Assembly (NCBI RefSeq): GCF_018977255.1
Contig: NW_024704742.1
Span: 41,478,001 to 41,542,000, forward strand
Source of the DNA: Callorhinchus milii
Taxonomy: Eukaryota
Length of the DNA stretch: 64,000 nucleotides
Direction: 5' to 3'
In this document: piece by piece, positions 52,901 through 64,000 of the stretch
Layout: every line of letters begins with the position of its first letter
Numbering within the stretch: the first letter of the stretch is position 1
Program-made: the position numbers and the translations under genes
The notes under the pieces: generated by a model
Database searches by the model: none
Seen by the model: the letters and a program-made list of their open reading frames with translations, nothing else
Told to the model about the DNA's origin: nothing

Positions 52901-53634
52901 GGTAGTCAAGGAAACAAGGTCAGAGAGATCATCCTTTGGATTCTCACTATAGCACAGTCCACCGGGCGGTACTTCTCAAACACAGTAAAATATCAGAATA
53001 TCTTTTAGTTCAATCTGTAAGACAATTTCAAAAGTGGGCAAATGAAGGTGAATCAATATAACATGTTGCAATGGATTGATAGAACGTGGTTTACTCTCCA
53101 AAATACCTTACGTTTCTAGTCTCCTCTGCAGTGCGGGGTGGAGATATTAAGTGTAATCAAGGTGCTTCCCCAGAGGAAAGCAAGAAAAATCTGTTTGCAA
53201 ATCATTTCAGGTTGCTTTTATGCAGCTGGTTACAGAGCAAAATTGCCAAGCGGTCTGAGGTCACCTGCCCACTCAGTCATCTGAGCAATGGCGCATGTCT
53301 GAGGGATCTGAAGAGGGGGAAAAATAATGATACAATTGGGATGGAATTGTTTTAATGAATAAATTAAATAGTATGTGCTGAGAGTTTGAATTTCAAGAAA
53401 ACAAGACTTATTAGTAAGTGCCTGAAGGAAATGTCTGTAGAGTCCTCACATATATTTGATAACTCAAGTATATTTCATTCTTTGTTATGATGCAAAATAA
53501 TTTAATTTGTAAGGTAGTCATATGTAAATTGCCTTCACGGTTGTTGCCAGCATAATCAGCAAAAGATCCACTGAAATGCCAACGTCTTGTATTCACCTCA
53601 ATCAACCTAAGGCAAGAGAAGAGATTGAAGAGAG

Positions 53635-54085
53635 ATAATAATAATATTCCTTGCATTTGATATAGCATCTTATCATGTCATTGAGACATCTCAAAGTGCT
53701 TCATAGGATTTACTGTAAGGTGTTTTTTGACTGTGTATTTTGTGGACATAACATGGCAGCCAGTTGCACACAGCAATGTCCCACTAACAGCCGTGGCCAA
53801 TTTTTTTTATTATTATAATATAATTTGTATTTGTGGGATTGCTGTCCAGGAAGAAACTCCCTTCTTTTTCTGCTTGTGCCATGGGATTTTCAACGTCCAC
53901 TTGAACAGGGAGACTGGACCTTGGTTTAGCATCTCATCCGAAGGACGGCACCTCAGGTAATGCAGCACACCCCTTGCACTTGTGTTGGAGTGTCAGCTTA
54001 GATGATGGGATTCCCGACATGGAACTTGAACCCAGGACCTTCTGACTCAAAATTGAGAGCGCTACCACTGAGCCAAGCTGACACA
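53635..54085 (-). mobile_element. Older full-length Deu-domain tRNA-SINE (SacSINE1/AmnSINE-like)
   Basis: tRNA head (gctcagtggtagc...gggttcaagttcc) plus Deu core gaggtgccgtccttcggatgagatgctaaacc...gtggacgttgaaaatcccatggcac and L2-type tail. Family name from recall. Confidence 0.8.
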
Positions 54086-56807
54086 CAATTGTCAGCTGAC
54101 AAAAAAAGCTGGCAGATCCAATTGACTAAAACAAATTCCCTTCAATAGTACTATACTGACATGAATCTTACAAACTATAGAGAAACAAACAATTCCCTGC
54201 TAACAATGTACACGGTAGTATAGAACAATAGAAATTAGTTAATCAGTAGCCATAGTAGGAACATCAGTGGAGCTTTTCTTTAGACCCCATAGGCTTGGAT
54301 TCAAATGTGATCTTCTGAAGCTGCTGCATTAAACTATTGTCGCAAATAGCAACAAGCAATAAAAATACTATAAGTGCCTCCTACTATTTTGACAGTAACA
54401 TATATAACTATTTGAAGAATCTCTGATACAGCGATGAACGTTCATTCAAGTTTTGCATATTTATTTTGTTCTGTATTGTGGGATGAAATGAAACAGTGAA
54501 GCACGAGGAAATAACATAAATACTATTTCAATAGTCATAACAAGCAAACATTGTGTCACATTTAGCTCTATGCTTTCAGGTGACTGGCGTCAATGTTGTC
54601 TTGGAAAATGAACTGAAGTATAAAATTACAGGGAAGGAGTTGGGAAGATACAACATATCCACTCCTACCTACCATAAAGAAAGAAGCATCAAGTATGACC
54701 CCAAATCAATATGGTCTAGTGTTTAATTTATATTGTTGTGCCAATAATAGAAGCTGAAGTTCCTATCTGCAATATGCCAATTTGCTTGGTGAATAGGACA
54801 CACCTATAATTCATTTCCCCAATTGCATCATGTATAGTAAGTCAATAACCGTCACACTTTGTATATGTGTGTTTGCATGATTAATGCCGTTTTTCAGCAA
54901 TTTCTTCTCAGCAGTATATATTATCTGTGAGGTTATGTCATGAATACAGCGCAAACACAAATGATTCTTGGATCAGCTTTTGCAGATATTTACGGAATGC
55001 TTGTAGGTTTATAACTCCAAAGGACACTCGTGAATGAAATGCATTTGTGTCCTGATCTATGAATTCCAATGTAGTTAGAATTTGTTTCATTCCGCCAGAA
55101 ACAATTAATTGAATTAAAATATATACCCATTTTAAACTTAATATCTTCAAAACAAAGACATATTTTTCTACGATTCTTGTTTCAGGGCTCAATATTGAGT
55201 ACAGTAGTACTCTTAAAGTATTTTTTGAATAAGAGTCTTTCTGTTTGATGTTTCAGATTTACAACCAATTATTGAGCAAATTGATCAATGGAAAGCTACT
55301 GCAAAACGTTGTGACAGACATCTCAATAATAAAGCAACACATTCATGTTCACCAGAAGACACTTATGCATGGTCAACTCACACTGAAAACATTGAAACTG
55401 TTCTGTTGTAAAAAACTGAAAGTGATAACATTTAATCTGATCAAATTCAGTTTGCAGGATCCAAAATTTGATAACATCTAAAGTATTTTGATACACTGAT
55501 GGGGAAAATGCACGTTGTATACAGAATTTCCAAATATATTTTGAGGAAAAATCTATTCTATTTAAAAAATCATTATTTATTAATAGTCAATACAATTTAC
55601 ATGTATATAGTGCCTGCCACATTGGGAGGACATCACAAAGTGCTTGAAGCCTGCAAATTTTTGGTTGTCTTGCTGAATCCATATCTAAAACAATTATTTT
55701 GATTCATACAGAATTTGCTACATCACATATTAGGACTTATTTCCATTGAAAAGAAAATTATTATAATGCAAATTGTATTATCAAGGATGTATGGCAGGTT
55801 GAACTGTACAATGGATAACATTTTTAACAAAACTGATCTTGTACTATAGTAATTGTACTATGAGTCTTTTATAATCTAAATGTTAAACTGTGAAGTCAGT
55901 GTTAATACTCTGCAGTCTCCCCACTCCTGCCAATACAGTGCATCTTTATTGGGAATGATCTTAAGACTCCTAGGATGCACAGAATCAAAGTAACAACCGT
56001 GTTGGTGAATTTGCTTCTTAGTAATTTGAGACGGCAAATATTTCAGGGAACGTAACCTCATTGTTCGAAGAATCGCCGTCAAATGATGGAAAAGGCAACC
56101 AATCAACAGTGAATACCAACAGGTAGCTGTAATACATTTAGCTCTCCACAGCCACAAAGATGTAAGAATTATTACTTTCAAAAAGAGAAAGCCTGTGTGT
56201 GACATTCACAAAATTACATTATGCTCTCATGAGAAGTCGATCTCCCTCACCCGTGCTTGCATTTCGACAGACGTTTGAAATCACATTTCATTCATCTAAT
56301 TTCTATCGATTAAACCTTTAGCTAGTAGCAATGACCATCTTTTTCTCACTGAAGTCAATACTATGTAGGCATTTCTTTATGTAGCAATTCTGCAGTAATT
56401 GTTCTGCATTGTTTCTCTATGTCTTTGAACTACATCATGTGTTTTTTTATTTCAATAAAAGCTTTTAAGAAAAATCAACAAATCATTTAGAATCTAGGTG
56501 CCATGTGTGTTTTATTGCTTTGAATTGGAGCTGCAGTAAGCAATGCAAAAGGACTGATTAATGATTTACTGCAAAACAATTAATTAGATGTCCACTGAAA
56601 ATAATTACTTTGTGCTTACATTAGCTTCATTTCCATTTTTAGTGTGGTAGGGATCAATCTCTAATAAATGCAAGTTGTTATAATATGATAGTCTGGCCAA
56701 AACCTATGCATATATTGAGTTTTATTCTCAATTGGGGTACTTATAATATCAAAAGTGTGCTTCTATTAGGAGATTCCATAATAATTGTTCAATAACAACA
56801 ACCAATT

Positions 56808-57480
56808 TTAATAATAATAATATTTGTATTTGATATAGCACCTTATAATGTCGTTGAGACATCTCAAAGCACTTCACAGAATATACTACAAAGTGAATTC
56901 ACTGTATATTTTGTGGGTGAAACCTTTTACATTTATATAGCACCTTTCACATTGAGGGGCTGTCTCAATGTAGGAGTCCTGTAGGAGTGGATAGAGCACT
57001 CGCTTTGCATGCGAGAGACCTGGGTTCGATTCCAAGCAGGGTGAAACATTAGGCAAGTTTTCTTACTCCACACACCTAATAATAATCCCTCAAGAAAAAA
57101 ACAATAATAAATTGGTCACTTCAATCCATGACTGTTTGTGGGACACTGCTGTACATAATTGGCTGCCCTGTTTCACTCACAAATATAGAGTCAATTCACT
57201 TTACACTATATTCTGTGAAGCACTTTGAGATGTCTCGAAGACGTGAAAAGCGCCACATCAAATGCAAGGATTATTATATTATTTATAGAGAGAGGTCTTA
57301 GGTGAGTTTTGAAGGTGGGAAGGGAGGGAATAAGGTGGAGCGACTCTCGAATGGACTTCCAGAGAGGAGCAGAATAATAATAATAGTTCCATTTGATATA
57401 CTGCCATATCACGTCTTTGAGCTGTCTCAAAGCGCTTCACAGAATATACTGTAAAGTGAATTGACTATATATTTTAATGT
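56808..57480. mobile_element. SINE cluster: minus tail (56808-56925), full plus copy (56973-57283), minus tail (57373-57478)
   Basis: Each segment aligns by eye with the SINE consensus seen in this window. Confidence 0.85.
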
Positions 57481-58070
57481 GAAGCTGGTGTTTGTTGAAT
57501 GGAGGGAGCAGCCAGGGCAGTAGGATGACAAAAGGCTGGTTGTGGAGCAAGGCCATGGAGGCATTTGAAAGTGAGGATGAGATTCTTGAGTTTGATTCGT
57601 TGGAAGATAGGGAGCCAGTGGAGTTGAGGGAGGATAGGGATGATGGGTTTGCAGAGCCTAGTGTAGGAGAGGAGAGTTCTGGATAGTCTGCAGCTTGTGT
57701 AGGGAGGACATGGGGACTGGTGAACAGTGATCGAGTAACCAAGTTTGGAGGCATTGAAGGTCTCAGTAGCCCAGAGGGAGAGGTGATGGCAGGTGGTGGG
57801 TAATGAAATGAGGGAAAGCAGAGAGTCAGATTTAGGGCTTCGAACCTAGTTGGGAGGGAGTGGGGGGCAAACAAGGTGTTCTGCACTGGCTCTGTAAGGT
57901 GGAGCACCCATGCATGTGGATGCGGTCAGCGCCTGAAGTGAGAAGGCGTTGACGGTAGCTGAGCAGGAAAGCCTCAGTCTTGTCAACACTGAGCTGTAGA
58001 AAGTTAGAACTCATCTAGGACTCAATATCTGACAGACAATTGATCAGAACAATTGGAATGGAGAGTAGAG
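57285..58070 (-). mobile_element. L2 fragment interrupted by a SINE tail
   Basis: MSSNFLQLSVDKTEAFLL; ggagccagtggagttgagg. Confidence 0.82.
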
Positions 58071-59929
58071 GTACACTGTAGGTCCCAAGTGAGGAATCCC
58101 ATTTTATATACTTACATTAAATGTCAGAATCAATGGCAATTGAATAATGGAGAACATAGGTAAACAAAGTGGACCAGTAACTACTCAAAGTTAAAATTGC
58201 ATGTATCAAAATCAGCCACTGCAGTTTGCAACTATTCCTGGTGCACCCGCATCAGTGCCAGTTTTGGGTGCGTAATCACAGGGAAACTCTATGCTGTCAG
58301 AGGAAGTCTGTGCTGGCATTTGTGTACAAGTGTCACCGACATGACTGCCAACCAGCTGTACATGTGCTGCTGCACACATGCTACCAATGGAGGTTATCTC
58401 ACTGACCCGTGTGAGCATCCTTAAGGTATCAGAATCCTTTTGTTATGATTTTGCCTGTAATCATTCTCCAAGAACGTTGAAGACAACCATGAATACATAC
58501 AGGAATTTAGACCTCATTGTCTCCATAGCAACAGTGGAGCATTCATGAGAGATGCTCTGACTCTGTCTGTGGCCGAGGATAAGTTAAATCTGTACTGCAG
58601 CGGACACTGGCATTGCTAAGTTATTGAGGTCCGACCATCAGCGCTTTGTCTTTTTTTAGTCGTGTGGGACATATCAGTGATAACTAAGTGACAGTCTCTT
58701 TCACAACTCCCAGAGAACTTTTAAATGTTAACGCGAAAGTTGCTCCAAAACACAGGCCTGCTTCCCTACCTGCTCCATTTGAAGGAGGCCTACTTGTCTG
58801 CAATTCACGCAGTTGGAATATGAAGCCTGCCGGCTCTGACCTGTATCAGCTGACTCTCCAACTCTCCATCCCTATTCTCTTTTTTCTCACACATGTTCAC
58901 GTAGACCTTCTCAGCAATGTCAAAATCTCCAATTGGGTATGTCGCTGTGCTGGAACTTTAAGTGGAGAGGTTAACTATTTTTGTTAATATGTTTGGTGAT
59001 CCTCTGGTTAAATAGATGATACACTAGGTTTCCTTATTCTGTGAAGTGAGCACATGGTACATTATGAGCAACTAATGCACATATATCCATTTGGTACAGC
59101 TTTACCCTAATACGACTCAAGTGCTGACATTGCATTCCCTATAATGTGTTTATGTGTTGTCAGTTTATATGAATATGTTCATGTCTTGTACAGTTCAGAT
59201 AATATTGTGCCTACCATACCACCTGACAAGATAGTTTTTCAGTGTCTGTTCAATAATGGTCAATCTGAGTTTAACACCATGGTGTGAACTTAGTGTCAAA
59301 TTATAAGATACTACTTTAATTAATTAATGTGAATGAGATCTAACTCGTTAGTGACAAAGTCATGAATCAGTTAATTGGGTCATCCTTGCTCATTTTTAAT
59401 CAGAAAAGCAGAGTTATTTTGGTTTCTCTCTCTTTTTCTCTCTGTCTATGCTAGAAAATATGAAATGATCTTTATTAAATCTACTGGTCCATATTGTGTG
59501 ATTTAACATGATGCAGCCACAGTGTATCAGTGCCAATATTAAGAAATGTAAGGTCTATCTGATTGGATCAAAAGATTTTGGAATTTCCAAATACAGTAAA
59601 AACAGCTAATGAGAAAGCTACTTGTAACCAAGATCTGAAAACTTATCTTATTAGCTGATTTCTTGTTTAAATCTGAATATGGTTCAAAAAAAAATGTCCT
59701 GCTGGGTAGAAAGATAAACTTAAAACACCAAACCGCTATTCAGATTTTCCAAAGAATTGTTATGCAAAATATAAGGAAATTTCACTTCTATTACAGGAAG
59801 CTCTTTGAGATGTCTTGAAGACGTGATAAGATGATGTATCAAATGTAGGATTATTTTTGTTATTATTTCACATTGGTTTCACTTTAATATCAACGCGCTG
59901 GGATATTTCTACTTAATTTGAGTAGGAGT

Positions 59930-60600
59930 CCAAGAAGGGCTGGAGATGGAAGAGTAAGAGAGAGATCGCCAAATACACAGTGAAAGTGATAGGCATTAAA
60001 CGAATTCTGAAAGCAGAGGACGGAGCAAGGCAAAGAGATTTCAGAAGAGAGTTCCAACCGGTGGGGGTAAAGTAGCTGAAAGCTCTCTTATTGATGCTGG
60101 AGCTCGCCTATCGATGTTGGATGTTTCGATGCCTTGGGACGTCGTCCTGCTGTAAAAGGCACTACATAAATACAATTTGTTGTTGTTGTTATATTAGTAG
60201 GTGGGGGATATGAATCAGGCCAGAATTGCCAGAGCAGAGGGAATAGCTAGGGGAGTAGGCATTAAGGAAATCACAGATTTAGAGTGGGGCAAGTTTGTGG
60301 AGGCATTTGAAGGTAAGGACAAAGATCTAAAAATTGATCCACTGAGGTATGGGGAGCCAGTGGCTCACGGGCAAATATGGTGGTGATGGGCTCACAGTGC
60401 CTAGTCTGAGAAATAATTTGGACTGTAGAGTTCTAGGTGATCTGGAGCTTGTGAAGGGTTGAGCTGGGAAGTTGGTAGGCAGAGCATTGGAAAAGTCGAT
60501 TCTGGAGGTGACAAAGTTATGAATGAGGGTTTCTTCTACATTGGGGGTGAAGTAGTGGTGCAAATGGGTGATGCAGAGATTGATTTTGTCATTTTGGCTT
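59930..60600 (-). mobile_element. Older L2 fragment with a nested plus-strand L2 tail (~60110-60192)
   Basis: ETLIHNFVTSRIDFSNAL, HWLPIPQWINF; nested gggacgtc...aaaggcactacataaatacaatt(TTG)n. Confidence 0.8.
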
Positions 60601-60909
60601 GGATGAAAGGCGTATTACTATTGAAATATTACACTCCAAACAAAACACAATTTAACACAATGAAGTGATTAAATAATGTTTGTAAGAACTGTGTTCTTTT
60701 GGCGCAAAAATGTAACGTTCACGTAAATGTAAAATACCAGAACATATTATAATAAAATTAGAACAGATCAGTAAATACTTGTGCTTTTCTTTTCTCCATT
60801 CTTTCGTGCAGTTTCCATTAGTATCCAGTATCTGTCAGATATTAGCTACTCTCTCATACACTTTAAATAGAAATGAACCAATAGTTAACATATCTCTTCA
60901 TAGGCATAG

Positions 60910-61260
60910 TGATCCTCCCTACCTCTGTGACCTAATAAACCTTTACCATCCTATCCTGTTCCACGTCTCCCGGCTTTCCATCTACACCATCCACGGTAGG
61001 GCCTTCAGCCTGTCAGCCTTTCTGCCCCTACCCTCTAGAATTCCATCCCAAAGCCCCTCCTTTGCCTCCTTCAAGGCCCATCTCAAAACCTTCCTCTTTG
61101 ACCTTGCCTTCGGTCATCTTCCCACCCCTACCCCTCTTTGCCCTCCGCCCCTCTTAAGTCCACCCCCCCCCCCCCCGTTCGAGTGCAGACCCTTCACTGT
61201 CCAGTGCCTTGGGACATCCTACTGATGTGAATATATAAATGCATATTGTTGTTGTTGTTG
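60910..61260 (+). mobile_element. L2 3' fragment
   Basis: TIHGRAFS...FKAHLKTFLFDLAF and (TTG)n tail. Confidence 0.85.
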
Positions 61261-62659
61261 ATCCTTACTGCCATAACGTGATAGACTGAAATAAATAAAT
61301 CTACTGTGTTTTTCACATCAGTCCCGTGAAGTCACTTGTGCCACATCAATGCCAAATGGACAATATAAAACTTGATTTTGTAGCATTGTAAAATATAAGA
61401 GTCTTGGTAGGAAGAAAAAGCTGGTTTCATAATATTAGAGTTATAATATATAATAGTAATCCTTGCATTTGATGTTCGTACTGTACCGAATAACATCAAA
61501 ATGTTTCAAAGCACCTCAAAGCATTCTTTGCCTATAATCTGACTTCATGGAATTAGACCTGAGATTAACATCCAAACAAAGGTTGCAAGTATCATACACG
61601 TGCAAGTATTTGCTTTTTGCATACCCTATTGTTGAGCTTGCATTTCAGACCCCAGTGTCTCATTTGTATAAACTTGTGTTGATTCCTTGGTAAAACTTTC
61701 AAGAGCTCCTTTGTATCACATTCCTTTTGATTTGTAGTAAATCACACTTTATTACTGAGGAAATATATTATTTTTTACAAAATCTCATGAAACAAAGTCT
61801 ATGGTTTTAAAGTCCAAAAATGAAGTCGTTGTTACCGTTGGAAATGATCTAAATAAACTGTTAGACTTTTCTTATAAAAGTTTGCTGTTGCTCATAGATA
61901 GACACATTATTACCTCATTCTTCTTCCATACCACTCGCTTATTGGACATGTCAGTCTGTTTCAAAGCCGCATTACAGCTGAAGCCAATCCACTGTTTAAC
62001 AATTCAAAGCATTTTCATTTCCTAAGCTAGGAACATCAATGAAGCATAGGTCCATTTGAAGACATGCAGTAGTGTATGCAAGATATGTCTTATTAGCAGT
62101 CATTACTGCCATCAGACTCTGCTATGTATGATTGGCAGGTTCAATGAGTATTTAACAGCCTTCATTATCGTCAGATAAAGAGAACTGGTTTAAAAATCAA
62201 ATCGAAAATCAATTAATTATTGCAGAAAAAGTCTGTCTTGCCAAATCGTAAGGTTGTGGTTACAGATGTGGCTTTCTTGCGAACCAGATTATGTAATATT
62301 TGATGTTCGTTGCAGAGTAAGATGAAAATTACAAAAGAACCAAAAATGAAATGCAGTAATTTGCTTCTTCCTGGAAGCACAGGAAGTATCATCGCAATAA
62401 CCATTCTAGCTACAAATGTGTTTACACAGCATGGTCTGTGACACAATGGTAACAGCTATATATTACACAGCACAAAAAAAAACTTATTTTGATTAGAAAA
62501 TCATTAAAATTCATGCTAACACTAATATGTATGAAAATATGAAACAAATACTTTAATATACCACAGTCACCTCGCAGAATTAAAAACACTTTTCCTTTAA
62601 TGAAACACTGATGAGCTGCATTATGCTGAACAACGGGTACATAATCTAACTCAAGTAAG

Positions 62660-63475
62660 GTACTCTATCTCAACTCTATCTCTCTGCCTCCACCCTCGAT
62701 TGCAGGACCACTGTTGTCCTGACAGAATGTCTGTCAGACATCAAGTCCTGGATGAGAGCTAACTTTCTACAGTTGACCGAGGCTCTCCTGATTGGCCCCC
62801 GTCAGCGCCTTCTCACCTCAGGCGCTGACAGCATCACCATCCATGGTTGCACGCTTTACCTTGCTAAGTCAGTCCAGAACCTTGGCATCTTGTTTGACCC
62901 TCAACTATCCTTCCTACCCCTCATCCGTGTCATGTCCTGCTTTGCCTTCCCCCACCTCCGCAACATCGCCCAACTCCACCACTGTCTCACACCGCAGACC
63001 GCTGAAACCCTTATACACATATTCATAACATCCAGGCTTGACTACGCAAACTCCCTACTTGTCGGTCTCCCCAACTTCTCCCTCCATAGGTTGCAGATCA
63101 TCCAGACCTCTACAGGTCGTGTCCTTTCCCCCATCAGGCTCCTTGACCCTATCACCCCCATCCTGACCCGACTCCACTGACTTCCCATCACACAGAGGAT
63201 ACAGTTCAAGATCCTGGTCCTCACTTGCCTCTGTGACCTTCTAACCCTCTACCAACCACTCTGCCCCCACCTTCTGGAACTCCATCCCACAGTCCCTTTG
63301 GCTCGCCCCTCCCTTGCCTCCTTCAAGATCCGTTTCAAGGCACTCCTCGGTCACCCCCCTGCCCTGCACCCTCCCCGATCCTGACTCCAAGCTTGGATCT
63401 ATAAACTGATTGCCCAGCACCTTGGGACGTCCTCGCAATGTGAAAGGAGCTATACAAATGTAATTGTGTTGTTGG
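62660..63475 (+). mobile_element. L2-clade LINE 3' fragment
   Basis: VQNLGILFDPQLSF...SRLDYANSLLVGLP...ITPILTRLH and 3' tail. Confidence 0.92.
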
Positions 63476-64000
63476 TTTGTTCATGCACTTGCTAAGGTTA
63501 GTGATATAATGAAGCATTATATAATGTGTAGTATTTTTCTTTTAGACTGTGTTGCATGGTATCTTATCTAGTATGATTACATTCAGCTCCTGATACTTCG
63601 CTTTTGATAGTTGCAATGATATAATATATTGCTCCCTCTGTATTAATAGTAAGATTTCTAAAAAATGTTCTTCTATTTCTGTAAAGGTCAAACAGATATT
63701 AATCAAAACTCCGTTGCAAAGAACTAAATGATGTAAAACCTGTCTGACATGGTCCAGAGGCAACTTTAGGAGATGATGATCTAAATGTCAATCTTCCATA
63801 ACATTAGTTATTCTAGAATTATATAATAGTATTTCTGGTTTTCATGCATCATTGTTCTTACTGAAATACATAACAGTTACAGATTCTCTGTTGTTTGTTC
63901 AAATGCTCATTTTATTAAAATGGCAATCTTTCTGTTTTGTTATCCTACACCAAGTTTTTTTTCAAGGGGTTAACAAAATATCCTGTTGGAAGACCAGGAT

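Noticed and set aside
62605-62640. Hammerhead ribozyme core (CTGATGA; also checked ~261, ~8499, ~24900 minus, ~33293, ~46393)
   Set aside because: None that I checked by eye has stem II followed by GAAA with compatible stems I and III.

Overview
This is AT-rich, repeat-rich vertebrate genomic DNA. The repeat families (Deu-domain SINEs, L2 and CR1 LINEs, a Penelope-type end) suggest a cartilaginous fish, possibly a chimaera, but that is inference. The only protein-coding gene I can support is the 5' part of an LCORL/LCOR-family transcriptional corepressor on the minus strand, with LCORL favoured. Four coding exons (27029-27125, 6334-6399, 1632-1711, 294-420) have GT-AG sites and matching phases, and the gene runs off the left edge. 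Exon 1 lies in a CpG island (~25240-27460) that also holds several promoter-like motif clusters and a 22-bp minisatellite. From ~27.6 kb to the end I see no coding exons, only decayed LINEs/SINEs, one assembly gap and TE-poor stretches that may be conserved non-coding elements. Nearly all ORF-track entries are TE remnants or chance ORFs. I found no convincing new biological system. The best leads are a covarying stem-loop shared by SINE and L2 3' tails, a perfect 31-bp fold-back hairpin, the multi-promoter CpG island and the Cys-rich LCORL N-terminus.
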